Shown one piece after another: positions 17,619 through 27,855 of a stretch of DNA of 30,325 nt. This DNA comes from Candidatus Latescibacterota bacterium. Lineage in GTDB: Bacteria > Latescibacterota > UBA2968 > UBA8231. Each line of letters starts with the position of its first letter. Within the stretch, counting starts at the first letter, position 1. Where the stretch lies: NCBI GenBank assembly GCA_965205655.1, contig CBDBIJ010000007.1, positions 1 to 30,325 on the forward strand, written 5' to 3'. The position numbers and the translations under genes are program-made. The notes under the pieces are model-generated. The model had not been told where the DNA came from and did no database searches. It worked only from the letters and a program-made list of their open reading frames with translations.

Positions 17619-18794
17619 ATGACGAATCGCATCGACATGCGCTACGGATGCAATCCGCACCAGGCCCCGGCCAGCTGCGTTCGCAGCGGCGGGGGCGAAT
17701 TGCCGGTGCAGATGCTCAACGACGCGCCGAGCTACATCAACCTCATGGATGCGCTGAATGCCTGGCAGCTCGTGCGCGAGCTGCGAGCCGCCACGGGACT
17801 GCCCGCCGCCGCATCCTTCAAACACGTCAGTCCTGCCGGGGCCGCCGTCGGCGTGCCGCTCGACGACACTGTGAGCCAGGCCTGCTCGGTGACGGACGTC
17901 GAGCTCACGCCGCTGGCCTGCGCCTACGCGCGGGCGCGGGGAGCCGACCGCGTCGCCTCTTACGGAGATTGGATCGCCCTGAGCGACCCGGTCGATGTCA
18001 CGACCGCCCGGCTGATTCGCAGGGAAGTTTCGGATGGTGTCATCGCCCCGTCCTTCGACGCCGACGCCCTGGAGATTCTGCGATCGAAGAGGGGTGGGAG
18101 TTATCGGGTCATTCAGATCGATCCGCACTACGAGCCGGAGGAAGCGGAGGTCCGGGAGGTTTTCGGACTGGCGCTCGAGCAGCGGCGCAACCAGTTCGTC
18201 CCGGACGACGGATTCCTGCAGAATGTCGTCACCCGTCGGCGGGATCTTTCGGCGGCGGCGAGGCGAGACTTGATGGTCGCCACTATTGCCGTGAAATACA
18301 CACAGTCGAATTCGGTCTGCCTTGCTTTGGATGGTCAGACCATCGGCGTCGGAGCGGGTCAGCAGTCGCGCGTGCATTGCGTCCGCCTCGCGGCCGACAA
18401 AGCCGATCTGTGGTACCTGCGGCAGCACCCCGCCGTGCGAGGGCTCGAGTTTCGCAAGGGCTTAAAGAGGCCTGATCGGGACAACGCCATCGACCTGTTT
18501 TTACGCGCCGGTATCAGCGAGGCCGAGTACGGGAAGTGGCAGGAGAACTTCCGGCGGCCTCCGGAGCTCCTGTCAGACGAAGAGAAACTGCGGTGGATCG
18601 ACGGCCTTCGAGGCGTCGCATTGAGCTCGGACGCCTATTTTCCCTTTCGCGACAGCATCGATCGCGCCCATCGCTCAGGCGTCGAGTACATCGTGGAGGC
18701 CGGCGGGTCGATCAGGGGCGGTCAGGTCGTCGAGGCGGCAGACGAATGCGGAATGGTGATGATCCACTCCGGAATCCGACTGTTTCACCACTGA
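17619..18794 (+). CDS. purH: AICAR formyltransferase, short PurH form lacking the N-terminal IMP cyclohydrolase domain
   Basis: Begins almost directly at RYGCNPHQ. Motifs SYINLMDA, SFKHVSPAG, KYTQSNSV, GAGQQSR, SSDAYFPFRD and the terminal RLFHH. GGAGA RBS precedes ATG 17619. Confidence 0.9.
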   Translation: MTNRIDMRYGCNPHQAPASCVRSGGGELPVQMLNDAPSYINLMDALNAWQLVRELRAATGLPAAASFKHVSPAGAAVGVPLDDTVSQACSVTDVELTPLACAYARARGADRVASYGDWIALSDPVDVTTARLIRREVSDGVIAPSFDADALEILRSKRGGSYRVIQIDPHYEPEEAEVREVFGLALEQRRNQFVPDDGFLQNVVTRRRDLSAAARRDLMVATIAVKYTQSNSVCLALDGQTIGVGAGQQSRVHCVRLAADKADLWYLRQHPAVRGLEFRKGLKRPDRDNAIDLFLRAGISEAEYGKWQENFRRPPELLSDEEKLRWIDGLRGVALSSDAYFPFRDSIDRAHRSGVEYIVEAGGSIRGGQVVEAADECGMVMIHSGIRLFHH

Positions 18795-18797
18795 AAC

Positions 18798-19574
18798 CTA
18801 CATGATTGGCGCCAGCCAGCCCCCGTCCACCGGCAGAGCGGCACCGGTAATCCACTCGGCGTCATCGGAGGCGAGAAAGGCGCAGGCTCTGCCGATATCA
18901 CGGGGTATACCGAGGCGCGGCAGCAGAGTCTTCTCCTTACACTGCTCGATCTGCTCGGGCGTGAGGTAATCCTGAATCGCCGATTCGATATAGCCGGGGC
19001 AGATCGTGTTGGCCGTGATACCGTGCTCGCCGAGTTCCACCGCCGAATCCCTCGCCATGTTGAGGATTCCCGCCTTGGTGGCTGGGTAAGCGGGACCTCC
19101 GCCGCCACGGAAAGCATGGACGGAGGCGATGTTGATGATGCGCCCGGCCCGAGATTGTTTGAGATGGGGTATGGCGTACTTCGTCATCAGGTAGGAACCG
19201 CGCAGGTTGACCCCGATAACCCGGTCCCAGTCCTCGGATGGCATGCTCTCGGTATTCCCGACGATGTGAATGCCGGCGTTGTTCACCACGATGTCGAGGC
19301 CGCCGAACTGCGCCACGGCTCCGTCGACCGCGGCCTTTACCTGATCTTCGTCCGCCACGTCGGCCTGGATGAAGACGCCGTGAGCGCCGAGTTTCTCGAT
19401 TTCCTCCACGGTGGGCGTACGCGTGTCTTGCTCGTGATACTTGCCTCGCTTGGGCTCCTCCCGAATGTCCGTAACCGCGACCCGCGCGCCTTCGCGGGCG
19501 AATTCGAGGCAGATGCCGCGCCCGATGCCAGAACTGCCGCCTGTGACGACTGCTATCCGATCTTGAAGTAGCAT
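18798..19574 (-). CDS. Short-chain dehydrogenase/reductase (SDR)
   Basis: Motifs TGGSSGIG, NNAG, YPATK (YxxxK) and PVDGG. Confidence 0.93.
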   Translation of the reverse strand: MLLQDRIAVVTGGSSGIGRGICLEFAREGARVAVTDIREEPKRGKYHEQDTRTPTVEEIEKLGAHGVFIQADVADEDQVKAAVDGAVAQFGGLDIVVNNAGIHIVGNTESMPSEDWDRVIGVNLRGSYLMTKYAIPHLKQSRAGRIINIASVHAFRGGGGPAYPATKAGILNMARDSAVELGEHGITANTICPGYIESAIQDYLTPEQIEQCKEKTLLPRLGIPRDIGRACAFLASDDAEWITGAALPVDGGWLAPIM

Positions 19575-19682
19575 ATGTATTTCTCCGCGTTGGAGAGCCC
19601 GTTCTTTTCAGCGGGCTCTAAAAAGTCCCGAAGGGACTTTCGTTCGCCTAATAAAACCTGCTTGCTTTGAGGTGGTCAACCT

Positions 19683-20321
19683 ATGGAAATGGCCGTTCGT
19701 AGCGTCGTGAGATCAAGCGCAACCTGCCTCTTCCTCCTGGCGGCTCGGCCCGTTTGTGCGACGCCGGTCTCGGAAGCGGACTCCATCGTCGCCGGCGTAC
19801 TCGAGGCTCGTGTTCATAAAGACAGCCTCCTGCGACACTCTCCCGACTCGCCGATTCCGGCGGCCGAACGCGAGGCCTTTGAAGGGCTCCGGTACTTCCG
19901 TGTCGACCCCGGCCTGCGCATTGTCGGCGACCTTCATCGCTATGGCAGGCCGCGGCGCGTTTTCGTCGTTTCCAACACTGAATCCGAGGTGGAGGTGGAG
20001 CGCTTCGGCCGCTTCGTTTTCCGCTACGAGGGTGCCGATTACTGGCTGGAGATCGTGCGCAGTGCCGGGGAGGGCGACCTTTCCGTGTTTTTTACGGACG
20101 AGACCAATGGGACAGATACCTACCCGGGCGGGCGATATGCCCCGGTCCGACGGAATGCGCTCGGTCGGTATGTGCTTGATTTCAACGAGGCCTATAACCC
20201 CTATTGCGCTTACAATTCCGACTACGTCTGCCCTCTGCCGCCTCGCCAGAACCATCTTCCCTATGCCGTCAGATCGGGTGAATTGGACTACATGGAAGAT
20301 GGTCCGGATCTTGCTAAATGA
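19683..20321 (+). CDS. DUF1684 domain protein with a possible signal peptide
   Basis: Motifs FTDETNGTDTYPGGRY and LDFNEAYNPYCAYN...CPLPPRQNHL...GE. The N-terminus is hydrophobic. Confidence 0.9.
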   Translation: MEMAVRSVVRSSATCLFLLAARPVCATPVSEADSIVAGVLEARVHKDSLLRHSPDSPIPAAEREAFEGLRYFRVDPGLRIVGDLHRYGRPRRVFVVSNTESEVEVERFGRFVFRYEGADYWLEIVRSAGEGDLSVFFTDETNGTDTYPGGRYAPVRRNALGRYVLDFNEAYNPYCAYNSDYVCPLPPRQNHLPYAVRSGELDYMEDGPDLAK

Positions 20322-20323
20322 AT

Positions 20324-20352
20324 TTGCTAAGTGAAACGGCGGTAAATATGTT
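20324..20352 (+). promoter_or_regulatory. Candidate sigma70 promoter for the omega-like gene
   Basis: TTGCTA (20324-20329), 17 nt, TATGTT (20347-20352). A weaker sigma54-like TGGTCC-N5-TTGCT sits at 20300-20315. Confidence 0.45.
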
Positions 20353-20413
20353 CGAATGTGGGATTTAGTGAGAAGCAACCAACCACCCCATTCTAAGTTG
20401 GAGGCCCCGGGTA

Positions 20414-20662
20414 ATGGCTGATCCGGCAAGGACCATGTTCAACAGAGATGTCGATTTCAAGCTGGAGGAAACCTTCAACGGCTACGCCGCCTGTCGCGGC
20501 CTTTCACAGCGAGCGCGACACGTCAACGCGCTGCAGATGCGAGCAACGATCGAAGCTGCAGAGGGCGTTGAGTCGGAACCGAATCCGACCGTCTGTGCGT
20601 TTAACGATTATTCTCAAGGCCGAATCGTCTTTTCCAACGACGAGGATGAGACCGCCGAGTAG
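20414..20662 (+). CDS. rpoZ: DNA-directed RNA polymerase omega subunit-like protein (divergent)
   Basis: 82 aa with a GGAGG RBS at 20400-20404. NGYAACRGLSQRARHV aligns without gaps to the omega block NRFDLVLVAARRARQM, and NPTVCAFNDYSQGRI aligns to KTTVIALREIEEGLI. Confidence 0.65.
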   Translation: MADPARTMFNRDVDFKLEETFNGYAACRGLSQRARHVNALQMRATIEAAEGVESEPNPTVCAFNDYSQGRIVFSNDEDETAE

Positions 20663-20828
20663 CTGGAGCCCGAGGTTATCGTGAAGCGATTCATCGCCAC
20701 CGTCGCGATCGGAGCCACAGCGCTGCTCGGGGGGGGCATCGCCCTCGCGTTCGGACTCCACCCTGAAGGGTTGGCGACGCTTGGCGCTCTAGCCCAGGGC
20801 TGTATCGCCCTCATGCTGGGAACCGCTG

Positions 20829-22074
20829 CGCGAGTTCAACCAGTCAACGCAACACCTTCGTCAACGCAACACCTTCATTGAAGCGTTCTGCGGGTGAAAC
20901 GAACCCCAACGTCTTCCGCGGGCGCTGGTTCAGTTGAAGAGCGACTCTGTTCAGGTCGGCTTGGGAGAATGGCGACAGATCGGTCTTCCTCGGGAAGTAC
21001 TGTCGAAGAAGGCGATTCGTGTTCTCATTTGTGCCTCGTTGCCAGGGACTCTGAGGATCACAGAAATACACCTCGACGTCAGTTGCGATCGAGAACTCCT
21101 TGTGCCGAGCTAGCTCCATTCCTCGATCCCAGGTAAGGGACAACCGCACCGCGGAGGGGAGTCGTTTCACCTGGCTGATCAGCGCTCTGACAACGGTCTC
21201 GGTGTCTTTGCCGTTGAGCTTCACGAGCATCGTGAACCGAGACTGCCGCTCCACCAACGTGGCGATGTGCGTGTTGTTCGACCCCGAGATCAAGTCTCCC
21301 TCCCAGTGGCCGGGAACGGCGCGGTCCTCGATCTCGGCAGGCCGCTCGCTGATGGATACGGCGTCGACGATCCGGCCTCTCGGCTGATCGCGTGTGCTTG
21401 CCTTCTTGGATCGCCGCATCATCCTTCGCGTCCGCAGATGCGCAATGAGGTCCTTGTTGAGTGCCCCGCGTGCCTGGATGAAGAGAGTTCGATAGATCGT
21501 TTCGTGGGATATCTGCATATTTCCTAAAAGCGCATACTCCCGCTTCAGCCATCCCGATATCTGCTCAGGTGACCACTTCAGGCGTAGCTTGTCCGCCACG
21601 ACTCGCCGCAAACGAAGATTGGATGCGAGTCGGCAGCATTTCGGCCGGCTGGCGCGCGTCCAGGCTGCTTGGTCGGCGACGTTTGCTCGGTACCTTTGCC
21701 GCCCGCCATTGCGGGCAATCTCTCGGCTAACCGTCGAGGGTGCACGCTCAACAGCGGCCGCAATTATTCGTATCGATTTTCCCGCAGCGATACCTCGAGA
21801 GATCTCTTCACGCTCTTCCCAGCCAAGAGCCCATCGAGAGCGTCGACGCGGCATTGGTACGATGCCCCCATTGGCGGTGATGACACCATGAATCGACGCC
21901 GGATGCTTCCCGAGCGCCCGACCAATATCGCTATGCGACTGGCCGCTCTTCCATCGACGCCATACCTCCAACTTCTGTGACGCGGACAATCTGGTCGTCC
22001 CATTTGAGCCATGTGCAACATCTCCTATGATTAGATTAGTGGGGAGAATGTTGCATTGACCAATTGAATATACC
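20829..22074 (-). mobile_element. IS30-family insertion sequence (1246 bp)
   Basis: Imperfect terminal IRs CGCGAGTTCAACCAGTCAACGCAACA (20829-20854) and TGTTGCATTGACCAATTGAATATACC (22049-22074), 17/26 matching. 3-bp target duplication CTG at 20826-20828 and 22075-22077. Confidence 0.92.
20844..22012 (-). CDS. IS30-family transposase (main ORF 20844..21989; apparent 1-base deletion near 21991)
   Basis: HTH (RAPSTVSREIARN), WSPEQI, ISHETIY and the DDE triad GHWEGDL / LTWDRG / GTNENTN. The RBS-supported start MAQMGRP (ATG 22012) is out of frame by one base. Confidence 0.93.
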
Positions 22075-22726
22075 CTGTGTTTTCTTCAGGCATGCTCGGA
22101 CTCGCTGACGGATACGACAAGGTCGCCACCCGGCTCGACGAATTCCTGCAGCTCAAGCAGCCTCCTGCCGCTGCTGACCTGGAAGTTCGCGACGGTGCAC
22201 AGCTCTCCTCACGGCACAAGGCCTTCTGGCGGGGATACCGGCGGACGGCGGCGGGACTCTGTCTTTTCCTCGCCGGCTTCCTCGGACTCACGACCGGTCT
22301 CGGTGACCTTAGTCTTTCCCACTATGTCACGGCGGTCGGCATTGGCATCGCTTTTCTCGTTGTCGCCGCTTTGACACTGTCCTGCGGGGGTTTGCGCGGC
22401 ATGAGGCGAACTCACGTCGCCGTTGACCGCGCCGCCGGTCTGTTCGCCAGCCAGTCCGATACCGTCACTCACGACTTTCCGGAGCCTCTGGCGCGGAAGA
22501 GACGCGCTGCCAAGCGCGCCCTGTTCGGCAAGCGCAGCGCTCGACAGCTGCCGCTGGAAAACCGCCGCTACCCGAAGCGCAGCGTCCACTCGTAGCACCT
22601 ACCACCCAAACGAGTTGTCTCACCGTTGTTTCCCGACGGAGGGATTTGAACCTGGAGGCCGTCGCCACGGCCGGCTTTTCTCTTGCTGAGCCGGGTGGGC
22701 GAACCCTATATTGATAACTGCGTGGC

Positions 22727-22762
22727 GGCAAGAATTTCCTTCCATGCGGGGAATTTCTTTCC
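22727..22762. promoter_or_regulatory. Candidate paired enhancer-binding-protein sites (UAS)
   Basis: Two dyad-like 13-mers, GGCAA-GAA-TTTCC (22727) and GGAAT-TTC-TTTCC (22750), 23 bp apart and about 120-155 bp upstream of the sigma54 site. Confidence 0.45.
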
Positions 22763-22880
22763 GCTGTGACACAATAGTCGGAGGATCTCGCCGATGATTC
22801 CGGCTGTCGCTCTCCGATCCCCCCTTTGGAGGGCGGGTTTTGGGGGCCTGATCGGGCTTGAAGGGAACCCCGTGGACTCA

Positions 22881-22896
22881 AGGCACCTGTTTTGCT
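22881..22896 (+). promoter_or_regulatory. Sigma54 (-24/-12) promoter
   Basis: AGGCAC-CTGTT-TTGCT has exact GG-N10-GC spacing and nearly matches TGGCAC-N5-TTGCW. It is about 80 nt upstream of the operon at 22979. Confidence 0.75.
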
Positions 22897-22978
22897 TCGA
22901 AAGTTCATGTCCTCACCCACTACTCAGAGCAAACCGTTCGGAGCTGCGCGACGCCACCAGGCGGAGCGTTCGTAGTCC

Positions 22979-23374
22979 ATGAAATCCACTACTGAGCCAA
23001 ACGAGACCGCCTCGGTATCGATGTGGCGCGATCTGGACGCCTCCTGCGAGGCTGCGGTCGGCCTGTCCGAAACCGTAGGTGAGCACCTGACGAGCCACGC
23101 TCCCGCCTCTGACGTCGTGCCGTTGCTCGAGCGTCAGCTGCAGCTGGCCCTTTCCATTCGCAACCGAATCGCTCAGGTGGGCGAGACCGTGACTGCAGCC
23201 GGCGTAGTTCCAAGGAGCGATGGTTCGCTCCGCGATAGCATCGCCGATCGGCTTCGCACCCTGCTCGAGCTGGAGGACCGCAACCGGCAGTTGCTATCGC
23301 GCACGGGGGTAAAGTTGCATGGCCTCCCAGCCGCCGGCCGGCGGCCACACACGAACTCGAAGAATTCGACATGA
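22979..23374 (+). CDS. Hypothetical helical protein, weakly FliT/FlgN-like
   Basis: GGAG RBS upstream and an ATGA overlap with the kinase start. The helical pattern DVVPLLERQLQL...IADRLRTLLELEDRNRQLL recalls flagellar export chaperones. Confidence 0.6.
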   Translation: MKSTTEPNETASVSMWRDLDASCEAAVGLSETVGEHLTSHAPASDVVPLLERQLQLALSIRNRIAQVGETVTAAGVVPRSDGSLRDSIADRLRTLLELEDRNRQLLSRTGVKLHGLPAAGRRPHTNSKNST

Positions 23375-24645
23375 CCCCGACGACGCCCAATAACGTCCCT
23401 CAGCACACCCTCGACATCGGCAAAGGCGACGCCCAGCTCGAGGAGGCTTTCGCCCACTCCTACGTCCTGTTTAACGAGACCACCCGCAAGTATGTCGAGG
23501 CCTACAAGCAGCTCGAGGAGCAGTTCGAGTATCTGAACGTCAAGCTCGAGCAAACGAACAAAGAGTTGCGCAGGAGCCTCGAGGAAAAGGATCGGGTCAG
23601 CAACTACCTGAACAACATTCTGGAGAGCATGAGCGGCGGTGTCCTCGTAATCGATCTGGATGGCAAGATCACCCTGTTCAATCAGGCTGCCGAAGAAATT
23701 ACCGGCCGCTCACAGGAGGATGTCCTCGGCCACACGTACGAGGAGGTGATGGGCTTGAAGGGAGGCCACGGCAAGACCGCCCTTTTCACGCTCGAGACCG
23801 GCTCAGGGCTCACGAATCAGGAAAAGGAGCACCATCATCGGGACGGCCGCGCCATCCGGCTGGGTTTTAGCACGTCCCTCGTGCGCGACCGGCAAGGTCA
23901 TGTTCTGGGCGCCATCGAGGCTTTCAACGATCTCACCGAAGTGAAACAGCTGGAGGCGCAGGTGCAGCGCATGCACACCCTGGCGGCCCTCGGCGAGATG
24001 GCTGCTACCGTTGCCCACGAGATCCGCAATCCCCTCGGCGGCATCGCCAGCTTTGCCAATCTGCTCGAGCGTGACCTGGAGGTCGATGATCCGTCTCGGC
24101 GCCTCGTCCGAAAGATCACAGAAGGCGTAGCCAGATTGAACCGCATCGTGTCCAGTCTCTTGAGCTATACTCGTCCGCTCAATCTGAATACCCATTCGGT
24201 GAACATCAGTGAAGTCGTTGAGGAGGCGGCGGCGTTCTTCGAAATCGATCTGGAGCGCAATGCCAAACCCATAGCCATCAGCCGCTCCTTCCCTGATTCC
24301 CCCTTGGTGTGCCACCTCGACACGGAGCAGTTCCAGCAGGTCATACTGAACCTGCTTCTCAACGCGACCCAGGCCATGCCGGAGGGCGGGACCATCGACC
24401 TGGGGTTGTTCGAGTCTCACGAGGAGGAGAACGCGCGCGCCACCCTGCGTGTACGCGACGACGGGATCGGGATCTCACAGGACGTTCAGCAAAAGCTGTT
24501 CACCCCATTCTTCACGACGAAGGAAGATGGAACTGGCCTCGGTCTGGTCACTTCCAAGAAAATCGTGGAAGCCCACGGCGGGCAGATCCGCGTTGACAGC
24601 GAACCGGGACAGGGCACGGCTTTTTTCGTGGACCTTCCCCTCTAA
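23371..24645 (+). CDS. Cytoplasmic PAS-domain histidine kinase, FleS/FlrB-like
   Basis: N-terminal coiled coil (LEEAF...LFNETT...AYKQLEEQ), PAS domain, H-box VAHEIRNPL, N-box NLLLNA, D-box DDGIG, FTPFFTTK and GTGLGL. No transmembrane segment. Confidence 0.92.
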   Translation: MTPTTPNNVPQHTLDIGKGDAQLEEAFAHSYVLFNETTRKYVEAYKQLEEQFEYLNVKLEQTNKELRRSLEEKDRVSNYLNNILESMSGGVLVIDLDGKITLFNQAAEEITGRSQEDVLGHTYEEVMGLKGGHGKTALFTLETGSGLTNQEKEHHHRDGRAIRLGFSTSLVRDRQGHVLGAIEAFNDLTEVKQLEAQVQRMHTLAALGEMAATVAHEIRNPLGGIASFANLLERDLEVDDPSRRLVRKITEGVARLNRIVSSLLSYTRPLNLNTHSVNISEVVEEAAAFFEIDLERNAKPIAISRSFPDSPLVCHLDTEQFQQVILNLLLNATQAMPEGGTIDLGLFESHEEENARATLRVRDDGIGISQDVQQKLFTPFFTTKEDGTGLGLVTSKKIVEAHGGQIRVDSEPGQGTAFFVDLPL

Positions 24646-24666
24646 TCAGGCGAGGTAGGATAGATC

Positions 24667-26091
<1,425 letters not shown>

Positions 26092-26268
26092 GGGCACCGG
26101 CAGCACCGACTCCACACAGCTCCTTCCCCCGCGGGCGAGACGATGTTGATTTTTGCCTGCGGGAGACCTACCTTACCCCTTTCTGAGAAGTTTTGTCTTT
26201 ACTGGTCCGCCTCCAAGCGCGCCTCGATAGAGGGCTTCGTGCGCCCGGGGGCGTGGAGGAACCGTTTC

Positions 26269-27855
26269 GTGTCCGAAGAAGTCGCGCAGGTCACTGGCAA
26301 TCCGCTGATCGTCCTCGGGGACAGGATCGCCCGCAAGCCCCACCTCACATCCTTCCTCGAAAACATCCGCACCGAGAATGCCCTTCTCGATGCGCACGAG
26401 GCGGTCAAGTACGCCATCTGCGGCGACAGCAGCGAGGTGGCGATCACGCTCAAGAAACATCTCGACGATGTGAAGATGGTGCTCATCGGCCCGGGGTTGA
26501 CCGGCAACGGGGTCACGGTGGCCCGCATGCTGGCCACCAAGGCGCATATCGTCATGGTCATCGACCCCGCCATCAATCCGCTCGCTCCAGATCCCGAAAA
26601 CTACAAGACTCTGCAACGCAACCTCGAGGAGCTCGGCGTCATCCTCGTGCTCGCCAACGACGCCACCGAGAGTTTTTACGAGCCCCTCATCAAGGAGTAC
26701 GTCCTCTCCGGTCTGCCCGTCGGTTCCGACCTGTCTGAAATGACGCCGGAGGAACGGGCCCAGATGATCGACAAGCGCCTCGAGGCGGTGAACTCGTTCC
26801 CGTCCCTGCCTGATACTCAGCGCAAGGTCTCCGACCTCGACGATCTCGATCCGCCGAAGAAGTGGGCCGAGGCCATCGACCCCGACCTGCCCACGAAGAC
26901 GGTCATTCTCAAGATTCTCAACAGCGCCCGTTACGGTTTCCGCTCCCGCGTCGAGACCATCGATCAGGCAGTGGCCCTCGCCAGCGCCAAGACGATCCGC
27001 GAGATCGTCACCGCCTGTCAGATTCGCGCCATCTTCCAGAATACGAGCGAGACCACCATCGACCAATTCTGGCGGCATTCGCTGGCTGTCGGCTTTCTCT
27101 CCAAGCTCTTCTCCCTGCCCGCCAATCCATCGGCGCAAAGTACTCAGCAGAAGACGGAATTCGAGCGCTTTCAGCTGGAAGAGGAGCAGGTCGCCCCGCT
27201 TCAGGAGTTCAAGTTGTGGGAGAAGATCGAGCTCGGCGAGAACGACGACGCTTTCACAGCCGGGCTCCTCCACGACATGGGCAAGGTGACCATGCTCATG
27301 TGCTTGGAGGACTCCCTCGAGCTCATTCTGGCGCTGATCGAACAGGAGGTTCAAGAGGAGCAGGAAGCCGGCAACATGTGGGCCAAGAACGCGATCGAGA
27401 TCGAGCGGCTGCTCATGAAGGACATCGACCACCAGGTGATCGGCGGCCGGCTCGCCGAAAAGTGGGAGGTCGATGAGTCCATCCGCACCGTCATCACCCG
27501 GCACCACGAAATCCAGGAGCACTCGCCCGGTATCATCAAATTCGTCGGACTCGCCAACGCCGCGGCCAATTGCCTGTATCCCTATCCCGCCACCGAAACG
27601 CAGCATCCGTTCCCGCTGCTCTTCGAACGCATCGACAAAGCCGTCAAGAAGTCGACGAAGCAGGGTGCGGAGGCCGTCGAGGAAGCGATCAATGAGGAGA
27701 TCTTCGAAGACCTCGTCGACGTCATCAGCCGCCTCGGCATTTCCAACCACCTTTGGGAGCTCGTCGACTTCAAATCCTTCTTCAAGCTGGCGTACATCGT
27801 GGCCCCGAAAATAAAGAGCGCAACCATCGGCTTTCTCCAGCAAACCGGCGGATAG
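26269..27855 (+). CDS. HDOD-domain protein with an N-terminal pseudo-receiver-like domain
   Basis: HDOD motifs FPSLP, ILKILNSARYG, FWRHS, AFTAGLLHDMGK and DHQVIGGRLAEKW...ITRHH. GGAGGA RBS lies 8 nt before GTG 26269. Confidence 0.88.
   Translation: MSEEVAQVTGNPLIVLGDRIARKPHLTSFLENIRTENALLDAHEAVKYAICGDSSEVAITLKKHLDDVKMVLIGPGLTGNGVTVARMLATKAHIVMVIDPAINPLAPDPENYKTLQRNLEELGVILVLANDATESFYEPLIKEYVLSGLPVGSDLSEMTPEERAQMIDKRLEAVNSFPSLPDTQRKVSDLDDLDPPKKWAEAIDPDLPTKTVILKILNSARYGFRSRVETIDQAVALASAKTIREIVTACQIRAIFQNTSETTIDQFWRHSLAVGFLSKLFSLPANPSAQSTQQKTEFERFQLEEEQVAPLQEFKLWEKIELGENDDAFTAGLLHDMGKVTMLMCLEDSLELILALIEQEVQEEQEAGNMWAKNAIEIERLLMKDIDHQVIGGRLAEKWEVDESIRTVITRHHEIQEHSPGIIKFVGLANAAANCLYPYPATETQHPFPLLFERIDKAVKKSTKQGAEAVEEAINEEIFEDLVDVISRLGISNHLWELVDFKSFFKLAYIVAPKIKSATIGFLQQTGG

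Larger units (their letters stand above)
20681..22595 (+). pseudogene. Membrane protein of unknown function (221 aa reconstructed), interrupted by an IS30 element
   Basis: Removing the IS (20829-22074) and one CTG copy fuses the 49 codons from GTG 20681 in frame with ORF 22077..22595. The product has about four hydrophobic segments and a basic C-terminal tail. Confidence 0.85.

Noticed and set aside
22657..22684. Intrinsic terminator after the IS-disrupted gene
   Set aside because: The GGCCGT/ACGGCC stem is separated from a short, interrupted U-run. Too weak to call.
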